Positions 22,014 through 42,511 of a DNA stretch of 64,000 nucleotides are shown here, one piece after another. The notes under the pieces were generated by a model, which saw nothing but the letters and a program-made list of their open reading frames with translations, made no database searches and had not been told where the DNA came from. Source of the stretch: Amoebidium appalachense (taxonomy: Eukaryota > Protista > Ichthyosporea); NCBI GenBank assembly GCA_963693365.1, contig CAVNZM010000006.1:2604001-2668000 (forward strand). Reading direction: 5' to 3'. Position numbers and translations under genes: made by a program. Within the stretch, counting starts at the first letter, position 1. Each line of letters begins with the position of its first letter.

Positions 22014-22755
22014 GGGCCCAACCTCATCGGCTGAGTCAACTTGCAAAAAGCAGAACTATTCTGAAAAAATCAAACTGTTCGCAAAAAGCAGAATCATTCT
22101 GATAAAAGCAGAATTATTCTGCAAAAGCAGAAGTATTCTGCAAAAGCAGAGCCATTCTGCTACAAGCAGGATCATTCTGCAAACAGCAAGATCATTCTGC
22201 TTATTCTGCTAAATGCAGAATTATCCTGCTGTCGAAAGCAGAACAGTTCTGCAAGTTTGCGGAATAATTCTGCTGAAAGCAGAATAATTCTACTAAAAGC
22301 AGAGTGATAATGTTTTTTCGGAATAATTCTGCTAAATAGCAAAAATATTGCTAAAAGATTGATTCTGCTTTTGCAGAGTAGAATAATTCTGCTTTTTGCA
22401 GAATAATTCCCCTTTTGCAGAATAGTTCCGTTCTTGAACATTAACCCTGCTCCTTGCAGAATAATTCCCCTTTTTGCAGAATAATTAAACTTGTTCATGC
22501 AGATTAATCCGTTTGCAGAATAACTCTGCTTGTTGCAGAATAATTCTGCTTTTTGCAGAACAATGCCCCTTTTGCAGAATAATTCCGTTCTTGCAGGGTT
22601 AATCCTGCTTTTTGCAGAATAATTCTGCTTTTTGCAGAACAATTCCGTTCTTGCAGAATAATTTTACTTTTTGCAGGAGAATTCCCCTTTTTGCACAATA
22701 ATTCCGTTCTTGCAGAATGATTCAAGCAACCGACTCTGCCAATTTGGTTGGGCCC
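22014..22755. mobile_element. Non-autonomous foldback/MITE-like DNA element with TIRs and internal GCAGAATAATTCTGC sub-repeats (copy 1)
   Basis: Left end gggcccaacctcatcggctgagtc and right end gactctgccaatttggttgggccc are imperfect inverted repeats. The interior is built of quasi-palindromic gcagaat(a/t)attctgc units, A-tailed in the left half and T-tailed in the right half. A second copy lies at 50459-50900. Confidence 0.8.
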
Positions 22756-23822
22756 CACATGCTACTATCATATTAATCCGCTTTGGTAGAATGACTCCAT
22801 TTTGGCCGAGTATTCCTGTGTTGACTAAACTTTATATTTTATCACAATATGGTAAATGCAGAACTGTTGTGCTTCAAGTTGCATATTAAATCTGGTTTTT
22901 GCTTGCACCGAGGGTTATTCTGCCGATGTAGTTACCCTTTTCTTCCCCCCTTCCCCTCCCTTTCGAGCTCCTCCCCCATCCCTCCTCCTCCCCCCCCCCC
23001 CCCCCCCCCCTCCCGCGCCCCCTCACCACCACCACGCGCGCACACACACCGACACATATTCTTTCTCTCTCTCCTTGACTACCAACTCCAAGCTTTTCAA
23101 CAGCACACAGTTGCATTCTGAAGCACTACTCTCAGCAAGAGGGTCTGTTGATAAGTGCAAATAGGATGCCCGTTCAAGCACGCTACTTGGACATGTGTGT
23201 GCATGTGCATGCTTGATGATCGTTTCTCTGAGAAGTTCAACGTGTCTCAGACTGTGCTACGGTCTGGCACTACGTGTGTGTGTAGACTGGGTGCATGTGT
23301 AAACTCTCGCACGTTGCGTGCGTGTCCAAATCCTAAGGCTGTATGTGACGAAGTCTGGTGGGTGACTACAGTAGGCTATTTATCTGTTAACTAGACTAGG
23401 CTATGAGATACTTATGCCTGGGTAAATTGCTCCGCAGGGGGGGGGGAGGAGGGGGGGGGGGGGGCGCGGATTCAAGGTTCAAGTTCTGAGCACTGATCTA
23501 TGAGCCCATGGGTGGATAGCACCCAGCGCCTGACATGAAGTTAGTGGGTGCGGGGTGGATGGGGGAGTGGGGTGGGAGGAGAAGGTGGAGGGGAAGGTTA
23601 GAGGGGGGAATGGATGCCGAGAAGTGAAGTGGAATTGGGAGGAGGGGGGGGGGGGGGGAGTAGGGAGGAGGGGTTGGGGGGAAGGGGGGAGGGGGCGTGG
23701 AGGGGAGGAGGGGGAGGTGGGGGGAGGTAAGGGCTGAGGATCAGAAATCCTCGGTTACCTGCACGAAAAGGAGGTGCAAGGGATATTCTGTCTGTGTATC
23801 CGGATCAGCCAGGGGGGAGGAA

Positions 23823-23854
<32 letters not shown>

Positions 23855-24914
23855 GGGGGGAGGGGAGGGAGGGGGGGAGGGGGGAGGGGGAGGGGAAGGA
23901 GGGGAGGAGGGGGGAGGGAGGGTGGGGACTGGTCAAAGAGCCTGAGGGAAAACATAAGACTGTGTGTGCAGGCTATGTAAAGTTTGTATGCACATGTATG
24001 GTGGCTGTGTGGATCTGGGCAGGCAGCGCTGCCATACATGGGTAGGCCGTGCTTCAGATTACGTGCATTGCGGCTGTAGCCAGCTAGAATCTTATTTCCA
24101 GGCCCCTCTATACCCCAGGAGGAGAAAATTTAAAAATCTATATTTTTATATATGCTGTGGGGGCTCAGATGAATCAAAGGGAAAAACCTTACTCTTCATA
24201 CATGCCGACGGGGCTAATCAGCTAGAATCTTAAAATCCTAAAATTTCTTGCCTCGATCTTAAATTCGAAAAATCCAAAGTTTAGCGCACTCCTGTAGAGT
24301 AGGATGCTTGTTTGGCAGCGAGTAAGGGCAAGAGAGGTAGGGGAAGACAGGTAGGGGGAGAGAGGGGAGAGGAAAACAGCCCGGAGGAGGGGGGGGAGGG
24401 GGGGGGGGGGGGGGGGTTGCGAAGCCACCCTTGCATGTAGGACCAATGTCTCGTTTTGATTGGAATGGATAACAGTCACTCCATGGGAATAGGTCTAGGG
24501 GGATGTGCTTCTATCCCCTAAAACTTTGTAGGTCACAAGTCAGGCTGCAATGTTTGGGGGCGAATCAGATTATGGGTTGGTGACATCCCCCCCCCCCCCC
24601 CCCCGGACCCCCCCTCCCCCCGTCCCCCCTCCCCCCCCCCCCCCCCCCCCCCCCCCCGCCACCCACCCACCCACCCACCCACCCACCCACGCACTCACCA
24701 ACCCCCACCACCACCACACCTACCCCCCCACCCCCGGTGAGGGTTGGATGTTGGGGGAAAGAGGTCTGTGCTAGTGTGTCCCGCGATGATGTGTGTGGAT
24801 ATATTGTTGTGTGTGTGTGTGTGTGTTGGGGGGGGGGCTTCTCAGGTCGAGTGCTTGCTTTCTCTCACACCCTGTCTCTCTCTCTCTCTTTCACTCGCTC
24901 TCGCCTTATCGCTC

Positions 24915-24951
<37 letters not shown>

Positions 24952-25351
24952 AGCGTGCTCCCCCCCCCGCCCCACCCCCCCACCGCCCCTCCACCCCCTC
25001 TCTTTTTCTCTTCTCTCGGGCCCCCTGCCCTCACTCTCTTCTTCCCTCCAACCCCTTCCGCCCCCCTCCCCCCCCCCCCTCACACCCCTTAAGCTTCGAG
25101 CCCCCCCCCCCCCCCCCCCCCCCCCTCTTCACCCTCTCATCTCTCTCGGTGTCCTTCCTTCCCGTTCCCCTGCCTCCCTGCCCCCCCCCCCCCCCCCCCC
25201 CTCTCCCCCCCCCCCCTCCCCCCCCCCCCCCCCCCCCCCCCCCACCCACCACCGGTACCACCACCACCACCACAACACACAAAACACACACACACGATCC
25301 CTGGGGAATCAAGGGGGCGGGGGGGGGGACCGGGAGGGGGGGGGGGGGGGA

Positions 25352-25390
<39 letters not shown>

Positions 25391-26058
25391 TTCAAGAGGT
25401 GAGCAAGGTAAGCTCACGTGGGTTCCGGAGTATGAGAAGACCAACCGCTAATTGACAATGAACGATGTGATGTGATTGGTTCGGTATCATGCGAGGAATG
25501 TAACTGTGGACCCTCACAGTGTACGTTTGCTATAGTGGGCACCTATGTTTGAGGCCCATCTAGAGGCACACCATATACACAGGTAGAGGGGTGCTTCGGG
25601 AGTGTGCATATGCATGTGTGCGCGTGTGTGGGTGTGCACTTTTTCTCTCTCTCTCTCTGTCTCCCTCTCTCTTGCTCCCCCCCCCCCCCAAAACCCCCTA
25701 ATGTGTGTTCACGCACGCGTAGGGACCATGTCTGTGTATGTGCACGTGAATATGCTTGTTATCTTAGCAATTCTTCAAAGGGGCCCAATCAAAAAACACC
25801 ATTTCATATTTCAAGAACATAGCTACGTGGCCAGCACGCACAAATACATTTATAGCAGAATATGTCCATATAAATATGCCATCTGATTGGTTCACGTCTC
25901 GTTTTACACTATCAAGTATAACCTACATGCCCGTCAACATACATAAATACTGTACAGACAAACTTGTGAAACCCAAGCACCACCGAACAACAAGTACCAA
26001 CTGCTAGAGAACCAGTAGAAAACACAACCAGGAAAAGACTGCAGCAGTGAATCTATCC

Positions 26059-28665
26059 CTAATAAGCCGTCGGTAGAGGAGGTGGTGGGGCATAGCTCAC
26101 ATTCGTCTCCATAAAGGCCTTTCTCTCCTTATTCTCCATATTAAACCAGTCACCGGTAGGTATAGACACAACATTCCACCCCAGGCCCCTTAATGTCTTG
26201 CACTTAAGTTGTGTGCTTCCCAGAAGTGTCCGCGGATTACACCTACCAAAGTGCACCGGCCCGTCAATCTCAATTAACGTGTTAGTGCCCTTCACCCACG
26301 CATCAACAACAAAATTTACCCCGGGGGCCTGCCACTCCACCGACAAACTAAAACCCATATCCATTAAGTCTTTCGAAATCATTCCCTGCGACTCGGACAT
26401 TTCTATGCACCTGTGGGTCTCAGACTTGTAGAACCTCTCTGCCCTGAGCAGTAATTCCCGTGCGTGCTGCTGTGTATATAACTCCGCGGCCAGCTGCGGG
26501 TGATCTCCACGCAGGGCCCAGTGTGCCTGGTGCAACTGCATGTACTGCAGTTTGTGCAGCAAGTCCATGGGTACACGTTCAAGCCGGGTCAGGGCTGCGG
26601 CCCACAACTTTCGGGCCAGGGCCTCATCCACACCCAGCACGGCCGCCGCGTACAGGGTGCACGTGGACGCTGCCGTGTCGACATCAACGTCGGTCTCGTC
26701 CGTGAACCGCCTGAACCAATCATATGCCGGGGTCTTATTTGGCGCCATCAGCGACGTCGTTGCCATGGTTGCAGACATATGCACCGTGGGATGTGGCCGG
26801 GGAAAAAGCAGCTTCAGCCGTGCCCACAGGTCATCCAACAGGGGGTAGTCGTTGATTCGCAGCGCCGCCAGTGCGCTGAAAAGAAGGACGAAGGTCTGCT
26901 CCTTTTCGTATCCGGGCAGCAGCGCCCGAATCTTTTTGCGGGCCCACTCGGTGAAACTGCGACTCTCGATCTGCAACTGGCCCATGCCGTGCACCACCAG
27001 GGCCAAATCCTGCGGCCCAATCGCTGTCTCATCGGCCCTGTCGATGGCAAACACCCTTGTGATCAGGTCATTATACACGGGGTAGAACAGCCTGGTGCCC
27101 GTGTTGACGCAGGCATTGAGCACCAACCCCATCCCCTGCACCGTCATCTCATTAAGCACCTCGGGCACACGTTCGGCCAGCGCCGACATTAACCGTGGGT
27201 CGTCCGCGCTAAGCGATACCGCGGCATTGAAAATGGTGGGTACCTGCTGCCCGTCCAAACGCGGTGCAAGCTCCAGCGCCCTATCAAGCAACACCCCCAA
27301 ACCGGGTGGAGTGAGCCCAAATTTGGCAAGGGCGTTAAGGAGCTGGCTCAGGGTGCGACCACACACATTGCCTATGATGGTAGTGGCCCGTGCTGCGGTA
27401 GCCAAGAGGAGTGGGTCGTTCTGCACCTGGGCCTTTGCCAGTGCGTTCGACACGGCCGCAATGTCCATCTTGTCCATGCGCTCAACCAAAGCAAGCGCCC
27501 GCGCCCCCAACACCCCCCACACATCGGCGTCGCACACACCGGTGCGTGCTATGTAGTTCATCGATGTAGACACGTCGATAATGTTCATGTCTTTTGCCAC
27601 CTCACCCATCCGTTTCAATATTGCCGCGTCCAAAGCCGTGTCGGTGTATCCGACCTTAACAAACCCGTTTGCTACCTGCGCCAGCTCCCGGGGTTGTAAC
27701 TGGGGGACATACGTGACAGACCGTTCTGCCAAAACGCCAAACACGTCCATTTTGGGGGGTGGTGTTTTCGAAAACCCGTTGACTAGAATAGAAACCTCGC
27801 GCCCGTTCAACTGTGAAGGCGCTTGAATGACGCAGTCTGCAATGGCTCTGGTTAGCTTATTGCGTTGGATAGAGGATAGGCGAACAAACCCTTGGGCAAC
27901 AAGAAGTTCACACAGCTCCCACGGTGTGTAGGTAGCTATGGATGTGTGTACCCGGGCAAGAAGTGCGTTGATGAGTGGCTCGTTGTTCTGAGAAAGCATC
28001 CCCAGACCTTTCAGTGCGCGCAGCGTGCCTCGTGATGACAACTGCTCTACCCCGTTTGCCACGTTTTCAATGGCAGCCGTTATGCAACGGTCGTGCCTGC
28101 AACCCAAACGACCCAACGTGTATAAAACTTCCGCCGAAGTATGTGGCCCGTGTTTGTCGACTTGCCCCACGAGACAGTCAAGGATAGCGCGTGTGTGGAG
28201 GTCATCTGAAAGACCAACAGCACTCTGTGCACTAAGCAGGCGTAGGAGGGAGGTGGGGGGTGCTTGTGATATCTGGTCTGCAGCGCGCCGGGAGAGAATC
28301 TCGAATGCTGCAGGGTCAAGCGCTCTCCTTATGGTACAGGCCTCTAGAAGTGACGTTATGTCGCTTAGGTTTAAGTCATGTTGTATGCCCTTAGCACGCC
28401 TTAACGCCGCAAAGAGGGTGTTCTGGATTTCCTTGTGGGAAATACCAGTCAGGCGAGCCGCACCTAACGCTCCAGCGGCTAGTTGTGGAGGGCCGAGAAG
28501 AGGAATGCTCTTTCTGTATGATTCTAGCAGAGAAATAGACTCCTTTCTAGTCAATGTTCTTCCTTCGTGGTGCCCTAGAGAGACGACACGACTTACTGCA
28601 GCACCAGTAGAGGCGGGGGGTGTGGAAAGGGTGCACAGGCGGCGAAAATGAGTGAGGAGTGACAT
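26059..28665 (-). CDS. Helical-repeat (37-aa period) protein with C-terminal RAP domain, FASTK/HPR-like; probable mitochondrial RNA-binding protein, 868 aa, intronless
   Basis: Single long, high-complexity ORF. C-terminal RAP signature VVDAW...LIEIDGPVHF...LLGSTQLKCKTLRGLGWNVVSIPTGDW. Consecutive repeats starting LQPRELAQVAN, MNIIDVSTSMN, MDKMDIAAVSN, VCGRTLSQLLN are exactly 37 aa apart. N-terminus MSLLTHFRRLCTLS is presequence-like. Confidence 0.9.
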   Translation of the reverse strand: MSLLTHFRRLCTLSTPPASTGAAVSRVVSLGHHEGRTLTRKESISLLESYRKSIPLLGPPQLAAGALGAARLTGISHKEIQNTLFAALRRAKGIQHDLNLSDITSLLEACTIRRALDPAAFEILSRRAADQISQAPPTSLLRLLSAQSAVGLSDDLHTRAILDCLVGQVDKHGPHTSAEVLYTLGRLGCRHDRCITAAIENVANGVEQLSSRGTLRALKGLGMLSQNNEPLINALLARVHTSIATYTPWELCELLVAQGFVRLSSIQRNKLTRAIADCVIQAPSQLNGREVSILVNGFSKTPPPKMDVFGVLAERSVTYVPQLQPRELAQVANGFVKVGYTDTALDAAILKRMGEVAKDMNIIDVSTSMNYIARTGVCDADVWGVLGARALALVERMDKMDIAAVSNALAKAQVQNDPLLLATAARATTIIGNVCGRTLSQLLNALAKFGLTPPGLGVLLDRALELAPRLDGQQVPTIFNAAVSLSADDPRLMSALAERVPEVLNEMTVQGMGLVLNACVNTGTRLFYPVYNDLITRVFAIDRADETAIGPQDLALVVHGMGQLQIESRSFTEWARKKIRALLPGYEKEQTFVLLFSALAALRINDYPLLDDLWARLKLLFPRPHPTVHMSATMATTSLMAPNKTPAYDWFRRFTDETDVDVDTAASTCTLYAAAVLGVDEALARKLWAAALTRLERVPMDLLHKLQYMQLHQAHWALRGDHPQLAAELYTQQHARELLLRAERFYKSETHRCIEMSESQGMISKDLMDMGFSLSVEWQAPGVNFVVDAWVKGTNTLIEIDGPVHFGRCNPRTLLGSTQLKCKTLRGLGWNVVSIPTGDWFNMENKERKAFMETNVSYAPPPPLPTAY

Positions 28666-29461
28666 GGTGGTGCTTGTTTACAAAAGGGGTTGGAAGTGTG
28701 GCTAGAAGTGTGCAAGCCTCATGTTTTGTGGTCTTACTTTATCTATGGGCTAAAGGAGGCCATCACAGAACATCGTGACACCCGTACGACAACGTAAAGT
28801 ATTATACACTGTACTGTACATAGTCCTGTGCGCACGGTGCATGTGCATGGGTGCGCGCCGGCCAAGCCTTGGAGGTGCACACGTGCACCATGGGTTGACA
28901 GAAACTGATGACGTAATTACAGTGGCTCATTATGAGCCGCATTAGCCATATATGGCAAGTGTGAATGACGTCAGACGGGGCCGCAGGAAGGAGAAAAACA
29001 AAAACTTTTCTACAATAGGTTGTAGTTGCCAGCCACAAAGCCTTTGAGGGGAAACGGAAAAGGGTGTAGCGGCGTTTCTAGCATATTCGAAAAGGTGGGT
29101 TGTTATCTGGTGCTGTGTAAGTGCGGAAAGGAGGGTCGTTTACGATGGTGGTGACATTTGACGGCGAAGAAAGTTTGCATTGCATGTTGTTTCTAGCTGT
29201 TTGAACCAGGGTTCAGGAGAGCATAGGGCTTTCTTTTGCTTCTACGTTTACTTGCCACCTGTTGTCTTTCTCTTGTTTGATTGACCCATGATAACAAGAT
29301 TATAACTAACTCACCTCCATCCTCCGCTGCCCCTTCAACCCGTTTTTCGTCTCCCTCCCTCTCCCTCCCTCCCTCCCCGCCTCTCTCCCTCCGTGCCTCC
29401 CTCCCTCCCTCCCTCCGTTCCTCCCTCCCTGCCTCCCTCGTTTCCTTCTTTTTTCTGCAGA
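28666..29461. promoter_or_regulatory. Divergent intergenic region between the RAP gene and nitrile hydratase, with CRE/ATF-like sites, clustered palindromes and a probable 5'-UTR intron (29117-29460)
   Basis: TGACGTCA at 28966-28973 and TGACGTAA at 28909-28916. Palindromes at 28874-28889, 28924-28938 and 28945-28956. Donor-like gtaagt at 29117, and a pyrimidine tract plus cag ending at 29460, one base before the NHase ATG. Confidence 0.45.
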
Positions 29462-36843
<7,382 letters not shown>

Positions 36844-37704
36844 GCATGTTGCTTTAACGTTTGTTGTAGTTTCTTTAACAAAAAAAAAAGATTGTGCTAT
36901 CAAACTTGTTGCATTGGTTTGCATTGGAACTTTCTGTAATGGAACTGTATGTTTTTTAACAAAAAACTTGCTAGATTTTCTGCACTAAAAAACCACGTAA
37001 AAATAAAATTTAATGTGGATAATCGCCGCATGGATCATTGTTGTAGCGATTCACAAGCGTTAATAGCACGAGTCCTGTAATGTACAAAAAAAAATTTTTT
37101 TGTTCAAGTCTTGGTGTGCATATCCAAGGGCGTTCAAGGTTTGAACTAAGTAAGTATATAGTCATGCACGTTGTAAATCACAAATAAAGGAAAGCGAAAA
37201 CGATGATTCGATTAGCAGATGCATACACCACCATGGATACATTTTTGTGTGCATGCTTTGCATTTTCTGTCCTTCGAACGTTCTCTGTACACGTGCGGTG
37301 TAACACATGCCCTCCCCCCCCCTCCTCCCCCGCGACCACCCCAGATGCATCCTTTCCGTTTCTTAAATCTTGCGAGTGTCTCTTTGGGGATCCCCGGTGC
37401 ACACGGGCACACACAAACACCCCGGCTTTAAAGTTGATGTGGCATGCGGGCACACATTACGCACGCACGTGCAAAAACACGTTGTCACGCGGCACGCACG
37501 CGAAATTGTTATGGCAACACACTGCAACTAGCATGCAAGGCGCAGTTGCCCCCAACAAAGTTCTGCGGTACGGGGAAAGGAAAGAAAATAGTTTGTGATT
37601 AGGGTAAGGGAGGGAGGGATTTGCTGAGGGGTGGGTGGGTGGGTACCTTCCGCGGTGGGTGTTGGTGGTGGCCATGGTGGTGTACTACGGCCGTGCCGGG
37701 TCGG

Positions 37705-37736
<32 letters not shown>

Positions 37737-39823
37737 GGAGGGGAGAGGGAGGGAGAGGGAGGGGGGGGGGGGGGGGGGGAATACACTGCGACAAGTGATT
37801 CATGCGGTGTCGGAGGCAGTGGTGCGGCACGTGACACATGTGTGCACATGCATATGCGCGCAGCATACGCACGCATGTGCATGCGCTTAGGCAGCTGTAC
37901 ACACTGTGACATGCATGCTTGCCCCCCCCTCCCCCGGGCCCCCAGGCCTCTCTGGCGCGGTGATTGCGCAATCCACATCCAACCCCAATTTTTATAGCCA
38001 ATAGATACTAATAATAGTTAGCTATGTTTGTTTACACGTTTGACGTTTAGATTGGTTGAAAGAATTCGCCAGGTTATGATTGGCTCATCCATGATCCATA
38101 GATTTCTACAAACTAAAGACTTGGGACGATGAAATCAACTTACAGGTTTTCGGGTTTGATGGTTATCTAAGTAATTGCCTGCTTCGTGTCCGGGAGTAGC
38201 CAGTTTTTATACCTCCTCACTGTAATATCTGTGATATATCGATTGCTTCTATTTTTTGAAGAGCACATATACAAAATTATAAAAAATATAGGTTTTCAAT
38301 AATGGAGCTTCAAGCAAATGAATATTGGAGTTACCAATGGACGGTCTTTTATAAATGAACTACTACCCATAACAAAGAATTTATAAAGAGATATTTTTGG
38401 GTCACAGCTTTTTTGTACAGACCTACGTACATCAAGGCCTATATTACTGTTCTATTCAATGAATCGTCAATATTATTCTTCATTCTGCATTCAGTGTCGG
38501 AGTCCCGGAAGTTGGACTCGGAGCTGAAAATGTGCTGGGGCGTATTGAGTAAATTCACTCACTGTATCGGTATAGGGAGATCCATGGCCCATCGGGTCGT
38601 CTCTGCGTGCCCTTGCGGCCTTGTTTTGTCGGCTCGACAGATCTGCGCAGTGACCATTCGCTGAATCGAATCGTTAGGATCAGCGATCCGATAGAGAGGG
38701 GTAAAAGCTTATTACTATCTTCTTGACATGAGTTCATCACAATTCTAAAAAAAAAACACTGGTCTCTGCTTCTTGAATAATAATAAAGCATAAAAAGCTT
38801 TTAAACATATAAAAATAAGACCCAATCTAGCGATAAAAATCTGTTTACAGATAGCTATGTACTCCTCCTTCAACGCTAAAAAATGTTTTCATCCGACCTC
38901 CTTTCCGGATTAGGGTCATGATTGGGTCGCTTCCGGGCCGGTTTGATGGGTCGCAAAACAGTTCAACGGGCAACTGTCAGCCCACCCACTTCTGTGTGTA
39001 CCCGTTTTGCCCGTTTAATTTTGTGTACCCGCTGCACCGACTGACAGAGAAGGCAAGCAAAATAACGGACGCATTGGCACGAACGCCGAGGTGAGTGTCT
39101 GTGTGTGTTCGTTTGCGTGTGTATGGGTGTGTAAGCAGAGGAGGGAGACCTGCAAAGGTAGAGTAAGAAGCTTAACAAAGGGAGAATGAGGGAGAGGTGG
39201 GTTGGAGTTGCTGTGTGCATCGAGCGTCCGCTTATTTTTTCGTTATTGAAGTTTTAGGAAAGTGTTTCCCGGGGCCAGTACGGACTACTTGTTTGTTTCG
39301 TCAGGCAAAAGGGCAGCTTTAAAGCGTTAGCCAGGCTTCTGACACCCTGAGCTCTATATCTTCTACTTTTTTAGCAGCGTGGCCTAGGTAGCCCTCTCGC
39401 AAGTGTTAGTTTGTTTATATAATAGGTTGTCCGGTCGTTTCACAGGTCGTGTGGATCTCCTGTGTGCATCTGCGCTTGCTGGTTGGCCTTTTGCGCGAGT
39501 CGAAACCTATATATAAAGCTTCTACACGTGCTAGTGGCGGTGGCCCCTGCGCATCCTAATGCCTTTCTTGTGCATTCACCCCCTTTCTTTTGGTTTATTA
39601 TTACTAGTGTTCCTGGTGCTTGGGTTCCCTTTTTCTGTCCCACTTCTTTCCATGGTAAGATGCCCAGGTGTGAAGCTCGTTTTTGGCATAACCCACTTGT
39701 GCACATTTGTGTAGTCTGCTTGTGGACATATCTTCAAACTGCCTACAGTTGCTCATGTTCTTTACCCCACCCTTTTGTTTTTTGTGCGCATTCCCCTCCG
39801 CTTTCGTTTATAACACCCTGTAC

Positions 39824-39854
<31 letters not shown>

Positions 39855-39878
39855 AAAAAAAAAAAAAAAACAGGAATC

Positions 39879-42069
39879 ATGGCGCAGTACCCGTACTACG
39901 GCGCAGCGGGGTGGACGGGGGGCTGGGAGGACCAGCGTGTGCAGCACACGTACCTTGCTAACGCATACGACGCTGCTGGCGCTGCCCGGGCAGTGCAGGT
40001 GCGTTGAATGGCCAGGTTTATATGGGTAGTGGCAGTTTGTGTTAGGGCTATGTGTCCAGAAATGGCTGTGGTAAACTGGTATTTTCAGCGTTTAGACGAC
40101 ACCCACGTGAGGCACCGGGTGGCTGGGTATGAGGTTAGGATTGAACCAATATAGCAACACTTATCGGGAGGTGACAGGCATGGCTTTGGGGTGTATCGGC
40201 ATGGAAATAATGAAGTGTTCAGTAAGCCATGAAAGAAACAGGTTGAGATGGCAAGGCAAAAAGTTGGCAGATGTGGGCAAAAGCATTCTACGATTTCCCT
40301 CGAGTAGATAGTCGGGATAGAGGGCTGGAATATGAAGGCACTCCCACCGAGCCAGATGGGGAAGATCTTTTGTCTAAAGGTGTCTAAAGGGCTGTTGGCC
40401 TGTTGTGGCAGCCTAAATAAGAATTTTCCTTCTCCTCCGGTTGGTTTCCGAATTCACGTTATGTGTTTTCTTGGCCATCACCCCTATTCCCTTTCCTTTT
40501 TTTCTGGTCTTTCCTTTTTTTTTTAATCCCTCCTTTTCCTCCCTGCCTGTAGGTACTTGTGATTCTGACATTAGTGGGCCCAACCCTTAGGAAGTTGTAT
40601 AGTGTGTGGTTTGGTGGTGGTGGTGTGTGGGTGTGTGTGTGGGGGGGGGGGGGATTATAAGGTCTAGGTGTTCACTTTGTGCAAACAAGTTTGAACCGTT
40701 ACAGCGATCCATCATTATCCGTATGCTTACATCCCCTGCCCCCCCCCCCCCCCCCCCCCCCCCCTACACACACACGTGCGCAGACACAGGTCAAGCAGCC
40801 ACAGCAGCCAGCCGACCTGCTCCTGGATTTGGACCCTCTGCCTGCCACAGCTCCCCCACGCAAGAAGGGTGCAGGTACGTGTGTGTTTTTGGTGTACGTG
40901 TGCACATGCCTTGCTCTATGCAGTGGCTGTGTTTTGCACCCGTGTCTTGTGCCTCTGGATGCATGTGGTGGGTGGGGGGGGGGGGGGGGGGGGGGGGGGG
41001 GAGAGATGTAGAGAGGACAAAATATGTACAAGCAAAACAAGGGGGTAGGGGGTTGGGGAAGAAACGAAATAGAATTTTCTGGTCGGCCGGCAGCAGTTGT
41101 GCCCTTGCGCCAGCCACTGCCGCCATCGTCTGACAAATCGGGAACTTCTCACCGATACACCCCCCCCCCCCCCCCCCGGCCCAATCACCACAACATACAC
41201 ACACACACACACACAGGCAAGACCAAGAAGGCAGGAACTGCCGATTCCAGCAAGAAAGCAGCCCCCCCACCCCTTCCCACCAGCCCCCCCCACCAAGTGG
41301 TCGCAGTCAGTGCCCCCCCAGCACTGCAGGCGGACGTGCTAACAGACACCCCCAAGAGGAAGGGTATGGGGAGACGGCCCACCTCCCACGTGTGGGAGCA
41401 CTACTATCGCAATGAAGAGAAGCCGGGGTATGTGCTGTGTGCCCACTGCGACATGGCGCTGAAGCACGATAGCACGTGCACGGGCACAAGCAGTCTGCAG
41501 AGGCACCTTGAGAGGAAGCACAACATTTACGCACCGAATAGGGACCCCCCTGAGCCGAAAAAACCACAGCTACCGGCAATTACAAAGCGCGAGGTGTGTG
41601 TGTGCACACGTGATAGAGATTTTTTGGGGGGAGGTTTAGGGGGGAAGGGCTGATATTGAAGGGGACTGGTGTTCCAATTGAGGGTGTAAGGGAGAGTAGG
41701 AGTGGTGTAGGGGCATTAGTTGGCACTGCTGCTGTTGGGTGATCTCGTGAGTGTGTTGACTTCCTTGGTCTCATTTTTGCCTCTTTTTTATTTCGCCACC
41801 ATCCCTTCTGCTTTTTTTTTGGGGGGGGGGGGGGAGAGGGGGGGTCAGCTGTCTTTTGTTTTATACATCATAATTATTTTCAAAATGCCTACTTTTTTGT
41901 GTTTTATTTTTATTCCTTGTTTTTTTGTGTTTATGATTATTCGTTGTGGTTTTGGTTTTCTTTTCCTTCTTTCTTCTCGTCTGCTCTCTTCATCTTCTTT
42001 TCTCTCTCTCTCTCTCTCTCTCTCACTCTCTCACTCGCTCTCTCTTTTCTTTTTCTTTTTTCTTTTTTT

Positions 42070-42116
<47 letters not shown>

Positions 42117-42131
42117 TCCAACTTCATCAGC

Positions 42132-42171
<40 letters not shown>

Positions 42172-42396
42172 ACAGACACACCAAGATGCATGTTTGTACT
42201 ATTTTCTGCAATATCTGCATTATGTTGTCCGTTGTGAATTTGTACCTCGTTCTTTCTAAACTTGCCCGCCGCGGGGGGGGGGGGGGGGGGGGGGAGATAA
42301 CCCTCCACCTGCCTACGGTTGACTTTTTCATGTCACAAGGAAACTCTATCTGATTGGAGATTACCTGCTTACGTAAGTTGGTCGAAGCCTGTGCAT

Positions 42397-42427
<31 letters not shown>

Positions 42428-42472
42428 ACACACACACACACACACACACACACGCAAACATTTCGCCTCTCT

Positions 42473-42511
<39 letters not shown>

